A DNA stretch of 64,000 nt from Selaginella moellendorffii (Eukaryota; Plantae; Lycopodiophyta), in assembly GCF_000143415.4 (NCBI RefSeq), contig NW_003314366.1, positions 62,001 to 126,000 on the forward strand. Direction: 5' to 3'. Shown here one piece after another: positions 34,851-47,352 of this stretch. Under the pieces are notes generated by a model. It worked only from the letters and a program-made list of their open reading frames with translations. It ran no database searches and was not told where the DNA came from. Numbering within the stretch: the first letter of the stretch is position 1; the number at the start of each line of letters is the position of its first letter. Position numbers and translations under genes: made by a program.

Positions 34851-36050
34851 ATGGATGCCCTGAGATCGCTGCACGAGGGTCGGATCCTCCGCGCCCTCTG
34901 GCAGACTTGTGTCTATGGCGCCGTGCTGCTGCTGCGGATGATTCTCCGCGTACTAGACGCCTCCCAGCTACCGCTGCGCCGATTCCTCTGCTTCTTGAGC
35001 ATCCATGCCTTGTGCGAGCCGTCGTCCCCGTGCTGCGAGCTCCTCCCCGGATGGAAAAACCCTTTGCTGCCGCCGCGCATCGGCAGGAGCGATCAAGAGC
35101 TCACGGTAACAGTAGAGTGGACAAATTCCAGAGCATTTCTCGGTTGATTTGATGCTAGCTATGTCATAGGTGATTCTAGATTTGGACGAGACGCTCGTGT
35201 GTGCCTACGATTCGGCTGGTTTGCCGCCAGGCCTCCACTCCCGAGCAGTGAATACTGGAATGACGTGGTTCCAGCTCGAATGCTTAGCGGCGGACAAGGT
35301 ACTCTCTCTTCCTACTTCTTTCTTCCATCACTTGCAGCGACCGTGATCGTGTGTTTTCTTTCTTCCCAGGACAAGGAGGGAAACGTGAAGATCAATTGCG
35401 TCATGGTTTATGAAAGGCCTGGGTTGAGAGAGTTCCTGGCGAGAGTGAGCCAATTCGCGGAGCTTGTTCTCTTTACTGCCGGACTCGAAGGTTTGGAAAC
35501 ACAGCTCTCAAACATTTCTCTTTCTTCTCTTGACACGCTTGGCAGGATACGCTAGACCGCTTGTAGATAGGATTGATCCCGAGAACAGGATCTCCGCGCG
35601 GCTGTACAGACCGGCCACTCTGGTTACGTGTGTAAATATACCACCTTTTTTTTTGCTTCAACTCTCGCTAAGACAATCTTTCTGTGTTTGATCTTGGCAG
35701 CAAGTACAGGGAGCATATCAAAGACCTGTCACGCCTAGGCCGAGACTTGCGAAGAACAGTGATTATTGACAACAATCCCTGCAGCTTCATCCTGCAGCCT
35801 TCGAATGGAATACCGTGCGTACCATTCACAGCCGAAAACCCCAACGATTCTCAGGTATGTAGAACTTCGTCTTCCTTTCTTGTCATTGATTTTCTTCTTG
35901 CTTCTTGCGTAGTAGTTGCTCGACGTGCTTCTCCCGCTGCTGGAACTGCTAGCAGCACAAGAGGACGTGCGACCCACTCTGAAAGATCGATATGAGATGG
36001 CGGCCTGGTTCCATAGCCGGGGCATTCTCGTTACCAGGCGACGGTGTTGA
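34851..36050 (+). CDS. SCP1/FCP1-like (NIF) HAD phosphatase, multi-exon
   Basis: [62 protein letters not shown]; stop TGA ends at 36050. Confidence 0.9.
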
Positions 36051-36226
36051 CGCGCACAGCTTATTGCCTCCTGGGCAAATACACAAAAGGTGAAGTTATC
36101 TGTGTCTTCTCTATAGTGGCAGACAAGAGAGTGTGCAACACCTTCTTCTCCGGATCAATCCAATCCGTCTCTTGCGAGTTGATCTGGCGTGGGGGTGCTG
36201 CTACTATCGCTACGTATACTACGGTG

Positions 36227-38493
36227 TCATTGGTTCCGGGGAGTTGAAGCTTTTCCCAGCCTCAAAGCCAGCTCCAGATCGTGCAAAACCTCTGAGATGG
36301 ACGGGCGGTCATAACTGCGGGGCTGGACGCACAGGTGAGCTACCTCCGCCAGCTTCTGGAATGCCGGCAGCGGAACATCACAATCCAGTCTTGGATCCAA
36401 GAGCTGCGACAGCCCCTGCTTCTCTCCGATGACGGCCATGGCCTTACAACGCAAACAAGCACCAGAGTTAAAGCTAGACATTGTCATGCAAGAATAAAGT
36501 GCTCACCATTTCGACAATGGAACGGTTCACTCTTGTGTCGTTGTCGATGGCTTTCCTGCCGCTCATCAGCTGCAGCAAAACGATCCCAAAGCTGTAGACG
36601 TCGCTGGCTTCGGTGAGCTGACCGAGTATGAGGTACTCGGGGTCGAGATAGCCTGTCGTGCCTTTGATCTCTGTGGAGACGTGAGAGGCATCAAGCTCGA
36701 TGATCTTGGAGAGACCAAAGTCGGAGAGCTTGGCCTCTAACAGTCCGTTGAGTAAAATGTTGGTCGGCTACAAGAAGAAAAGTAAAGAACAATCTCGAGT
36801 GGGAAAGCCTTTGCTACCTTGATATCCCGATGGACAACTGGGCCTTCGGGGCACTCGTGCAAATATGTAAGTCCTCTTGCGCAGTCTATGGCGATCTGGA
36901 TTCTCTGGTCCCATGTCAATGCGGGGCCATCCTTTCCTGGCACAGCAAAAACATGCTCTAGTTTTCCAGCTTAGGAGGAACAAAACTTACTGAGAAGCTT
37001 TTGTGCCAGGTCGCCGTTGCTCATGTACTCGTAAACCAGCAGGCAGACGTGCTTGGAGCGGCAGTAGCCGAGTAGAGCTGTGAGATTGGGATGCCGGATG
37101 CGTGCCAGCAGCTCCACTTCCTTGTAGAATGTCTCCACCTTTCTCTCCTTTAGTATTCGCTTCACTGCAACGAGCTTGCCACTAGGGAGCTGGCCTATGT
37201 AGACTTTGCCAGCGCTCCCCTCGCCCAGCAGCGATGCGTTGCTGAAATGGTTGGTTGCCTTGGCAAGCTCTTTGAGTGTGAATATGTAGAAGCCTTCGGT
37301 TGGGAGCACCGCGATCTCGCTTGTGTCGAATGCACGCAAGTCCTTCCCACCATTCTCTGCCAAAACGATTTCACAACACAATTTCACAAGGGTGGGAAAC
37401 ATGTAAACGACACGTTTCTTACCAGGTAGCGGATTCGTAAAGTCGTAGCCAGACTTGTTCCGCCGCCTTATCACGTACAAGCACGAGAGAACGATGAAAG
37501 CGCATAGCACCAGACCTCCGATTGCTCCCATGAGAATGATCACCAATCTCGACGACAGAGACGAGGATCTCGCTTGTAAAGTCTGGCCTGAGGAAGAAAG
37601 TAGCTCATACACTTAGCGCGCAAGCTAAAGCTATCGAAGAGAAGATAAAATATGCTCACCCGGTGCTACAGTGCTAGGCGCTGTTGTGATATTGAGGTAC
37701 TCTGCGAGAAAGACAAACAACGAACAAGTGAACGAAGGAAGATGACAACAAGCCAGAATCTTACGTACGAGATATAGGAACTCCTCCCAGAATTTGCAAG
37801 ACGCAAGTGTAGAAGTTCTCAAAGTAGACCTGGTTCGGATTGAAGCTGGTGAGCGCAATGGCGATGGCTGTGCCGCAGGCTCCCGGTTGATCAGCCTTTC
37901 GAGACGCCAGGCTGACGGTGGCCTGGAGGAGCTGGGCCTGGCACTCTTGGCAGCCTCTATTCCCTCGCTGGCCGCACGCATCCGAGACGTTCTCCAAGTC
38001 CACCGCTTGCATGAGCTCCTCCATCTGGCCAAAGTTACAGGGCGAGGCATAGCTCGTGATCCTGGACGCTGGCAGCGGGCAGAAGCTGTCGAAGAAGGCT
38101 GGAGAGATGCGCTTGAGCTGGATAAGATCCTGCTTGTAGAGGTCGATGCAAACCTCCGCCTGTGACGACTCGAGGAACATTGCTCCAGTGGAATTGGTGT
38201 ACTGCGCGATGGCATAGACGGCAGCTCCATACACTTCCTCGCAGCAAAGCATCGTCTGGACGGAAGATCCCGACGTGACACTGCCATCGCATAGGTTGGT
38301 GATGCCTTGGCCGTGATTGAACATGTAGGGGCAGCCTGGAGTTGGAGCAAACCAGAAATCAGTCACTCCCTCTCGAATTCTAGCAAGCGAAATCTATCCA
38401 CCAAGGAGCAAGGAAGAACATACCGGTGCTTGGCCTGGCTTGGACAAGGTTGTTGTAACCCAGCACAAGAATGCACAAGAAGTATGCCCACAT
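36227..38493 (-). CDS. Receptor-like kinase with Cys-rich (SPARK-like) ectodomain
   Basis: Signal peptide [12 protein letters not shown], Cys-rich ectodomain, [22 protein letters not shown], kinase motifs [41 protein letters not shown]. Confidence 0.9.
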
Positions 38494-38892
38494 TGGATGG
38501 AAATCCAGCGCCTCCCCTCGTCAAGAACACCGACGACGACGACGAGAATCCATCGCCGCAGCTGGGCTAAATCCCAGGATCTAGAGCCCCGGCGATTTCG
38601 AATTCAAAACCCTTGCTGCGCGGCCGATCGCGGCTGTACAATGCAGCTCCTGCCTAGCATCGATTTGACGGAAGCCCCTCCTCCTCCGCCTCGTCCTCGC
38701 CATCGCCATCGCTCTCTCTCTCTCCTGCTTTTCTCTCTTTCTCTTTCTCCCAGGGTCAGGTCAGCCGGAGGAGGGCGAGCGAAGAACAGATCGAGCGACT
38801 ATACGGCGCTGCATTAACTGAGGAGCTCGAGCATATTCTCGGGTATATTCTAAAAGGAATATACCTGTTTCTAGGGCAACCGTGAGAGGGAG

Positions 38893-40712
38893 AATGAATT
38901 CGTGCTTGCGAGGGGGAGTGCGTCTTCCCGCATTCCCGTGAGCTGTGATTTCTATCGTTTTGATCAATTGTTTCTCTAACACTGGTGCGGTGGCAGCGTG
39001 TTTACCTGGCGAACGACTGCGTGGAATCACTGGTTTCTCTCGCTGGGGCTGCGACACTCCGCGTGAGTAGCGATTTTGTTCTTTTCTTTGATCCACGGGT
39101 CCGCAATAAATGAATGCAGTGCTTTCAAGCTGTGGTTCTCTTGTGGAGCACTGTTTGGGATTCTGGCTGTGCTCTCCTCCGTCTTGGTATGGTTTTTATT
39201 GTTTTCTTTCCCAGGAAACTTTCCTGATAAGAACGACGCTGCTGCAGGTCCTCGTCTGGCAGATGCTTTTGTCCCTTTGCAGAATCTTTGCTTCTGCGGG
39301 CAGCTCCCAACTAAATTCCTCCATCGTGACACCGATCGTAAGAACAACTCTGCTGTGGATCTTCTAACCAGGAATTGCGCAGGTACCTGGTTTGAATGTG
39401 CCATGGAGTGATGTTTTCTACGTAATGCTTGGTACGAGTTTGGCGGCGGGGTTTCACGAGGTTGGCCATGCACTTGGCGCTGGAAGGTAGAGCAAAAAAT
39501 CTCTCTTTTTTTTGTCTCTTGTTCTCAAGGTTGTAGCTTGCTTCATTTGCAGCGAAGGTGTTCCAGTGCACCACGTTGCAGTCTTCGCCTTTGGAGCATT
39601 TGTTGCTCTGAGTGAGGATGCTCTGGAGCTGCTATCCCCTTGGAGACTTCTCCGGATTTACTGTGCTGGTGTGTGGCATAACGCCGTGGTACGTGAACTC
39701 GGACTGTTTCCAGTGTCGCCACCTAGTGAAGTACGTGCTAGTTGTGCGTAGGATGCTGGATTCTCCTCAAGCTTCTCCCGGTGCTGTTAGTTCCGCTCTT
39801 CATTCACGGAGTCGGCCCTGTGGTGAGCCTTGCTCGTTCTCACTCACACGCTAATGATACAGCTGCCTCTATCTACAGGTTACTGGAGTTGATCCTGGCT
39901 CTGCTTTGAGAGCACATTTGAGAGCCGGAGATGCTTTCAAAGCGGTAAATGGAGTGCCGGTTTACACTTCAAGCGACTGGCTGCAAGAGCTACAATCGAG
40001 TAAGGATCTCCCTGGCTACTGCATTCCCCATCATATCTCTGGTTCCAGTTGCAAGCCAGGAATGTTAGAGCTCCGCTCAAGATCCAATTGCTTCAACGCC
40101 AGCGAGATTGTTGCTTATAGGCGCTGTGAATCGTCCAGTTCGTGCTCACAGGTAACATTCTTTTTTCTTTTCTAGTTTCTAGTTTTCCTTTTTTTCCTTT
40201 TCAGATTGAAGAATGCACAGAGCCTAAACTTGCGGCTGGAGAAGCTCTAGTCCGGATCTCATTCGCTTCGCGTGAGAACTCAACTTGCGGACTAATGCCT
40301 CCGGAAGAATTTCTAATCGAGGGCTGTGAGAAGACAGTCGTTTTTGCCGGTGTTCCCCAAGAACTTGAGGCATTCGTGTTCGTCACCGACTATCGGCCAC
40401 GCTACCAGCTCCTGTCCTCGCTATCATGGCTTCCAAGTGTTGTCCAAAAGCTTGTAGCTTACACTTTCAACATCTCAGCAGCTCTTGCGATTCTAAACAG
40501 CGCTCCAGTGAGTAATCTATCGTTCTGGCAGCCCACTTTAAAACGTTTCACTTTTAAAACAGGTGTTCTACCTCGACGGCGAGGAGATCCTGCGCTCTGT
40601 GCTTCGACTGCGAGGACGCCACCGACGTCAAGAACAATTTTTAAGGGCTTGCCTGGTGGGAGGAACGGCGGTGTTTGCGTTTGGAATTTTTTCAGCATTA
40701 CTCGCGCTATAA
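38893..40712 (+). CDS. S2P: Site-2 protease (peptidase M50); start codon approximate
   Basis: HEVGH zinc motif (~39456), GAFVAL, RIYCAGVWHNA, LAILNSAP / VFYLDGE. Confidence 0.88.
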
Positions 40713-40885
40713 TCAGCTCCAAAATTCGAGCAAATGTTCTACGTGGTACGGCTAGACCAGTTCGGAAGTAAAACAAAAAATTCTGGAAAGTGAGTAACGG
40801 TTTGTGTTAATGCAAGAGGGCGTACAAAAAAGCCGAGGTACATACCTGTAGCGTAGTCAGCTTTACAGAGATTAAGCAGCCTGCT

Positions 40886-43224
40886 TTACTCTAGAACCTT
40901 TTGCTTTTTTCCCAGTGGAACGCTGTCGTCTTCCGGCTTCCTCTTCTTGGCTGCTGGTTCGATAAGCGTAATGTCATCGTCGTCAATAATTTCTGCCGAC
41001 GCAGCTGGAGCTGCAATGGGCTTTTCTTTGTCTTTCTCCTGCTCAGCCACGCTGGAAGACCATCCAATCAACACCATTCCATCTGGTTCCTTTTCTTCAT
41101 CAAAGTTGTCCCTGAAAATCAATGCGTCCGTTAGCTTTCAAGTTTCAACATTAGCTCTCTAACCTGTGTCTGATATGTATGCTGCACTTGAACTCCTGCT
41201 GCAGATCCTCGACGGACAGGACACCGCCGTTTGTAACCGGCGTTGGGAGCTCCGCAAGAACCTGAAGCAAAGGCATACGAGTGAGGTCAATCGTGGATAC
41301 GAACTGGAAAAATACTTCCCTACCTTCTCAGAATTTGAGGTGTAGAGCTGAATTTCTTCTTTTCCAAGGTCGTCTCCAGTTTCGAAGAGAAGACTCGTGC
41401 CGTGCATGATAACCGGAGAGCTCACGCCCAGCTTGGTTCTCAGTATCCGATCGATCACGTCCTTAAGTTTCGTGTGTACAGTGTTTACTTCCAGGATGAG
41501 AGGAGTCTGTTAGAAGGAAAGTAAAATCCAAGAGTCAGTACAATCCAGAAAGCGCTAAAGAAAATTAAACGCACATTCGAACAAACATAGCAGTTAGGAT
41601 TCGGTTCAAAAGGGTCGGCTGGCATCAGCAATCTTTTTCTTGAAGGGTGCTCAACGCAGTACGTCATCCTGAACCAAACAAAGAAAATCTAACACACCAA
41701 CAACGATTTTAAAATGCTTACCTGCAGTGGTCGAGGTCCTTCATAAGTATCTTCACAGCCTCAATCACAATCAACCCGGCAATGATAGCGTTCGTTGTAG
41801 CTATTGCATGTATGATGTTTCCAGCAATACCTTTCGCGTCAAAAATACTCATAACAGGGATTCCAAAGGAGTACGCTCTCAGATTAGCTGCTGACGAAAC
41901 GAACTCCATTGCCAACTGATCGTCCTTGTCAAAAGTCAGGCTTCCAATCTCCTGCAACAAGCCGAGCATCAATCTCAGTGGTCCTGGCGAGTGAAACAGA
42001 GTACCTTCGTTCTCGTCTCCAGGATTGCACGCATAGCAGAAATGAAAAGCCTGGCATTATCCTGAAGGCTCAAGACTTCTTGAGGATTCTTGAATCCCAG
42101 CAGTGGCATAACCGACAGGATGGAATCTGAGAACCTGTGTGCTTTGCAAGTCTCAATCCCTTCGGGTAGAACGCCAGAAAGAAACAACGGAGTGGGACGC
42201 CTCCTGTTTTTCCATTGATCCTCGTTCTTTAAAGCCACCTCAATATTATGACCAAAGATTTGGTCGAAAACCCTGGCACAGAAGTCACTGATAGTCTCAG
42301 CGTCACGTAGTTGTAAAAAATCCTCGTGATCACTGTCAGCTGCCTGCAGGTTGAGATCGCTTGCCTGGCTGCGGTCACCGAAAAGCTTGACCAGAACAAG
42401 TTCTTTTGCCCACACAATGCAGTGCACTGGCTGAAGAGCAAGACCGAAATGAGAGAGATGATAATGCTATATTTCACAGAAAAGTACCTTGGAGGGCGTA
42501 CTCGTTATAGTGCAAATCGGATAAGTCTTCGGGGCAGGCTTTGGTTGGCACTCGTAGCATTCAGTCTTTCCTTTAACATGCACTGTGACCTGCAGCAGTG
42601 AATTTTCATCGAAGGACCCAAGAACTTCCAAAAACTAAAACCTTCTAAGTACCTGTCCCAAGTAGCCAGTAGTTCCACTTTCAATTAAAGGAACTCCCGC
42701 TGCCAGGCACAGCCGATTCACGTGACGCCGGGCATCCAAATTATCGAGCCCGTTCAGCACAACCTGGAACTGCTGATAAAAATCCACGTTGAATTGCTCG
42801 TCCTTGACGTTGGCGTGATAGCTAGTTACATTAGCATCGGGCCGGAATTTTAGAACCGCTTCCCGAGCAACCTGATCGCGGTCTATCAGCGGAAAAGAAT
42901 GAAAAAAAAGTGATGCTTACTTTAGCTTTAGATTGTCCAACGTGACGCTTGCGGAAAAGAAACTGTCGGTTGAGATTGCTAACTTCGATTGTGTCCATGT
43001 CGATCTGTGTACTCTCGTCAATGTAAAATTCCAGAGAATCCTCTCACACTTACAATGTCTATGTTGTGGAAGCCAGTGAGCACCAGAGTCTTGAGGAGCT
43101 CGCAGCCAATACCGCCAGCTCCAACCATGAGGACTCTCGACTTCTGCGCATTCCCAAAGCGCATGGAGCTCAAATTTTGGGAGATTGAGAGAGCGCCTAC
43201 CTTGAGTACCTCGCGCTGCTCCAT
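40886..43224 (-). CDS. SAE2: SUMO-activating enzyme subunit 2 (UBA2)
   Basis: [84 protein letters not shown]. Confidence 0.96.
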
Positions 43225-43639
43225 GGCGCCGGGGGATTAGGTCTCCACGACTAAAACCCTAGCTCCTTCCCGCCTTGACTTCCGCCCACATTTCGTCCAG
43301 CGCGAATATGCCTAAGATCGTTAACGCTGGCCCTTGGCCACCTACATGGCATCGTCTGAGTGGGTGACACAGAAGAGACCACTGACGCGGCACTATGCGA
43401 TTTGTCACCGTGTAACGGTCCCAGTTCACACTAGCACCACGACTTTAAGATTTAAAGTGGATTAGGGTTCTTCGTTGGATCTAACACGCAGCAGCGCAGC
43501 GCGATCACACGCACCGACACGCCAGAACGACACAGTGCTGCTGGATGTGGCGGCGGATTTCTTTTCTTTCTTCCAATCTCTGGTGAGGGGGTAGCTAGAA
43601 TCGAGCTAGAAGCTTTAGCGGCCCGGAAATTTGGTCGCC

Positions 43640-45385
43640 ATGGGGTGGAGCGTGGTGAGCATGAGATACTCGGACGCGCCACAGGTAGCGCAGCTGCTAG
43701 TCGCGGGACTCATCCTGGCAGCAGCTGTTCTGGGATTGTCATCCCATTTCTTGGGATTCATTCCAGTCGCGATTCCGGCCTTCGGCATCTTTCTGCCCAA
43801 GAAAAAGGAGAACCGGCGCGTGAGGGTTTACATGGATGGCTGCTTCGATCTTATGCACTACGGCCATGCGAATGCGCTGCGGCAGGCGAGAGCGCTTGGT
43901 GACGAGCTTGTGGTGGGAGTTGTGAGCGATGGAGAAATTGAGAGCAACAAGGGACCGCCCGTCATGTCCATGGACGAGAGGTGGGCTCTTAAGAGTTTTC
44001 TTTTTTTTTTTCTCCTTGGTCTAACATCTCTTCCATAAAGGATGGCGATGGTTCGCTCCGTGAAATGGGTGGACGAAGTTATTGAGGATGCTCCGTACGC
44101 TATCAACGAGGAATTCATGAACAAGCTCTTTACGAAGTACCGCATCGACTATATCATTCACGGGGACGATCCTTGCCTTCTTCCCGATGGCAGCGACGCG
44201 TACGCACACGCCAAAAAGGCCGGCCGCTACAAGCAGATCAAGCGTACAGAGGGAGTGTCGAGCACGGACATTGTTGGTACTGAAATAAGCTATCTCTTTC
44301 TCTCTTTTCCTCCACTCATGTCGAGCTGCAATTGCTACAGGAAGGATGCTGCTTTGCGTGAGAGACCGGCCACCCAGCGAAATCCAGAACCATGCGTCTT
44401 TGCAGCGTCAGTTCAGTCACGGCCACAGCCATGGCCCAGACAGTCATCCCCAGACTCAGATCTCCCATTTTTTGCCAACTTCGCGTCGCATAGTTCAGTT
44501 TTCAAATGGAAAGGTGTGTACCATTATTGAGCTCTGCCAACTAATTTATTCTTTCTAAACTTCATTCTCTCAGGGTCCAAGGCCAGACGCTCGGATTGTT
44601 TACATTGATGGCGCATTTGACTTGTTCCACGCTGGGCATGTGGCTGTAGGTATTTTATATTCGATATTGTTGGAATTTTACTGTTCTTTTTGTCCTTCCA
44701 GATTTTGGAGCGTGCCAAAGCGTTGGGCGATTTCTTACTCGTGGGAATTCACACGGACCAAACAGTGAGGTGATGATCCTTTTTGAAACATCTATGCTGT
44801 TTGTTTAGCGAGTGGCTTTTGTTCACAGGACTCGAAGGGGTGCACATCATCCGGTGATGAACCTGCATGAGCGGAGCCTCAGTGTTCTCTCCTGCAGGTA
44901 TGCCGATGAAATCATCATTGGAGCACCATGGGAAGTCACGAAAGACATGGTGAGATCAAATGATGTAGATAGAGACTCATGGCTAACACCACATCTATTT
45001 CGTGTTGATCAGGTCACTACGTTCAACATCTCTTTGGTAGTACATGGAACCGTGGCGGAGACCACTGATTTTAAAGAGGTATACTGGTGCCTTGAGTGAG
45101 CTCTCACCGGCTCTCTTGTGCTCCCTTCCAGGGTGATTTCGATCCATATGCGTGTCCCAAGCAGCTAGGAAAATTCAAAATTTTGGAGAGCCCCCGGAAC
45201 ATAACTACGTCAACCATAATCGCGCGCATTGTCGCAAACCACGAGGCTTTCAGGGTCAGTGCCGTTACGATATAAACCAGTTGCCGTTATTGAGAAAATG
45301 TTTGTCTCTACAGAAGCGCAACGAGAAGAAGGCCGAGAGTGAGCGGAGGTACTACGCGAACAAGCAATTTGTAAATGGAGACTAG
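43640..45385 (+). CDS. PECT1: Ethanolamine-phosphate cytidylyltransferase
   Basis: N-terminal TM, RVYMDGCFDLMHYGHANALRQA, KRTEGVSSTDIVGRML, second domain YIDGAFDLFHAGH. Confidence 0.96.
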
Positions 45386-45649
45386 GAGGGCGAGTATAGC
45401 TATTTTTCAATGATATAATCACTTTGAATATCTCTAGGCAAGGCAGACAGCACACTTGGACTTCGAGATAGGATTGATAAGCTTGCAATTCTTGCACCTC
45501 CATCCGTTTCTCAAGAAGAAGAGTAGGTCTTCCTCATTCTATACCAACTCGGATAGAAGACAGTCGGACCATCTATGTCAATTCAGCATTACGTTTGGCC
45601 GGCTTAGTGCTTTGTTCGGCCTCATTCCTTTTAGAAGCAACATCAACGT

Positions 45650-47280
45650 CGAGCCCGGCTTCTAGAGAGCTGGCCATAAACTGTTGGGTGCGCTTTGTCA
45701 GTGTGACGAGCTTATAAAGCCGATCCTCTCCTCGCATCCTTGCACTCGTTCTCGGCGCAATGTGAAGCCTGTCTCAAGGCCGCAGCGGCATCTTGGAGGT
45801 AATTGTACAGGCTGACCTTGTACGAGTTGTCTTGATGATCAGAAGCACACAAGTAGTATTCATACACGAAGCTCCACTTCATGACCCTGCGGCACCGGAC
45901 ACTCATCTTCCACGCATCGAGTATGAAGTTGAGCTCGATATAGGTGTCACTGTCCTTGTTCAGCTTGGTCTGGAATGACCGTGCTCAAGTCGCTCTGCAC
46001 CTTGTCCATGGACTTGGCCCGCCTCGAACCTCGCAAAGAGGTGCTCGTATCGCTTCACGTCCATTCGGGCCTTGCGCCTGTCTTTTGCCACAGAATATTC
46101 TTCCTGGTATGCATTGCACCAGCCGGAAGCGCCATGCTTCAAGGCAGATCCAGCAAAACTGGTGCTTGTATGGAGCGGCACAAAGGCTTTGTTCCTTTTA
46201 GAAGCAACAACATCAACGTTGTCAAGCCTGTTCTTCTCTATGGGCCGGCTGCACTTGCCAACCAGCCATGCAACGTTGCCACTCTCGGACTTGTTCTTGG
46301 CGTTCCACTTGGCAGCGAGCTCGCACGAGATCGAAGGCTGCGGCTAGTCGAGGCACCCCCAGCAGAAAGTCACAAGACACTTGCATCTCACTTCGGAGGC
46401 TCCAGTCTGTGGGTTCGAAAACGGCCAGGTGCCGGGCACCTCTGGCTTTCCACATAAGAGGCTGTACCGCACAAACTCGTGAACGATCAAAATGAGGGTG
46501 CAATTACAGAGCATGCAGGGGATTCCAAGATCCCAAGAATATAAGGATAAGAGCAGGAAGCAATGGGTTCAAGGCTTCTGTATTTAACAGTGTTTCTTAG
46601 AGTGTGATTGGATTGGAGTGTGTTTATATTCGTTTTGTAGATTGATTGTGAATGTGGGTTCTTTTGTTTGAAAAGTAAATGTGTTTCAATTAATGTCTAG
46701 AGTATCTCAGGGTGAGATCCTGTGTCTGCACTATGAGGTTGAATCACGTGCACGCATTTGTTTCGTGTCGTGAACTCACTAGCAAAGAGACTGAGCAGTG
46801 TTGGTGAGAGATCAGGGAGGCTTGCCATATGGCTTGAGTGACCCATTGCACCTTCTAGGGCGGTCCAAGGCACCAGGTCATCACTGCACAACTGGACCAC
46901 AATTCTGTTCCAGACATCTGCTTCGGATGCAATCTGGTCCATATCACTCCCAGCACTCGTCGCAGAAGCTGCAAAGGGCATACCTGATTCTATCCAGTGG
47001 ATAAAACTCAAAGTATATGTCAAATCACCGACACCATTGCCAACAATGAAAACCCCACGAACTTTTGATTTGTCCGCAAACCATGGCTTCACCCCTCTGA
47101 AGAGCAAATCTGCGGCTTCTTGCATTGCCTGATTCTGTAGCTGAGCAATCTGAACTTCATCCAAAGGCACCACTGCAGCTACTGCTGCTTACGAATGGCC
47201 ATCGTCATCTGGAACATAGTCATCTTGAAAAAATCTTTTAAACTAGAGTGGAAGCAAATCCTCGCCGCACACGTGTCCAT
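45650..47280 (-). pseudogene. ARIADNE-type RBR E3 ligase pseudogene
   Basis: Fragments in different frames with stops: DDYVPDDD acidic head, QAMQEAADLL, FCDECWE*Y..CIRSRCLEQNCG (RING1), FCWGCL*..P.SC..A.KW..KN..ES.N..W, CNAY, RCRRVMKWSFVYEYY, YNYLQ. Confidence 0.7.
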
Positions 47281-47352
47281 CACTCTAGGGTTAGGGTTAG
47301 CGCGTGGCACTGGCAGTGGCGCTGGCCAAGGCGCCACAGCAGCCCCGCGACG

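Noticed and set aside
46697-47173. 158-aa ORF as an independent gene
   Set aside because: ARIADNE motifs switch frames within it; treated as part of the pseudogene.
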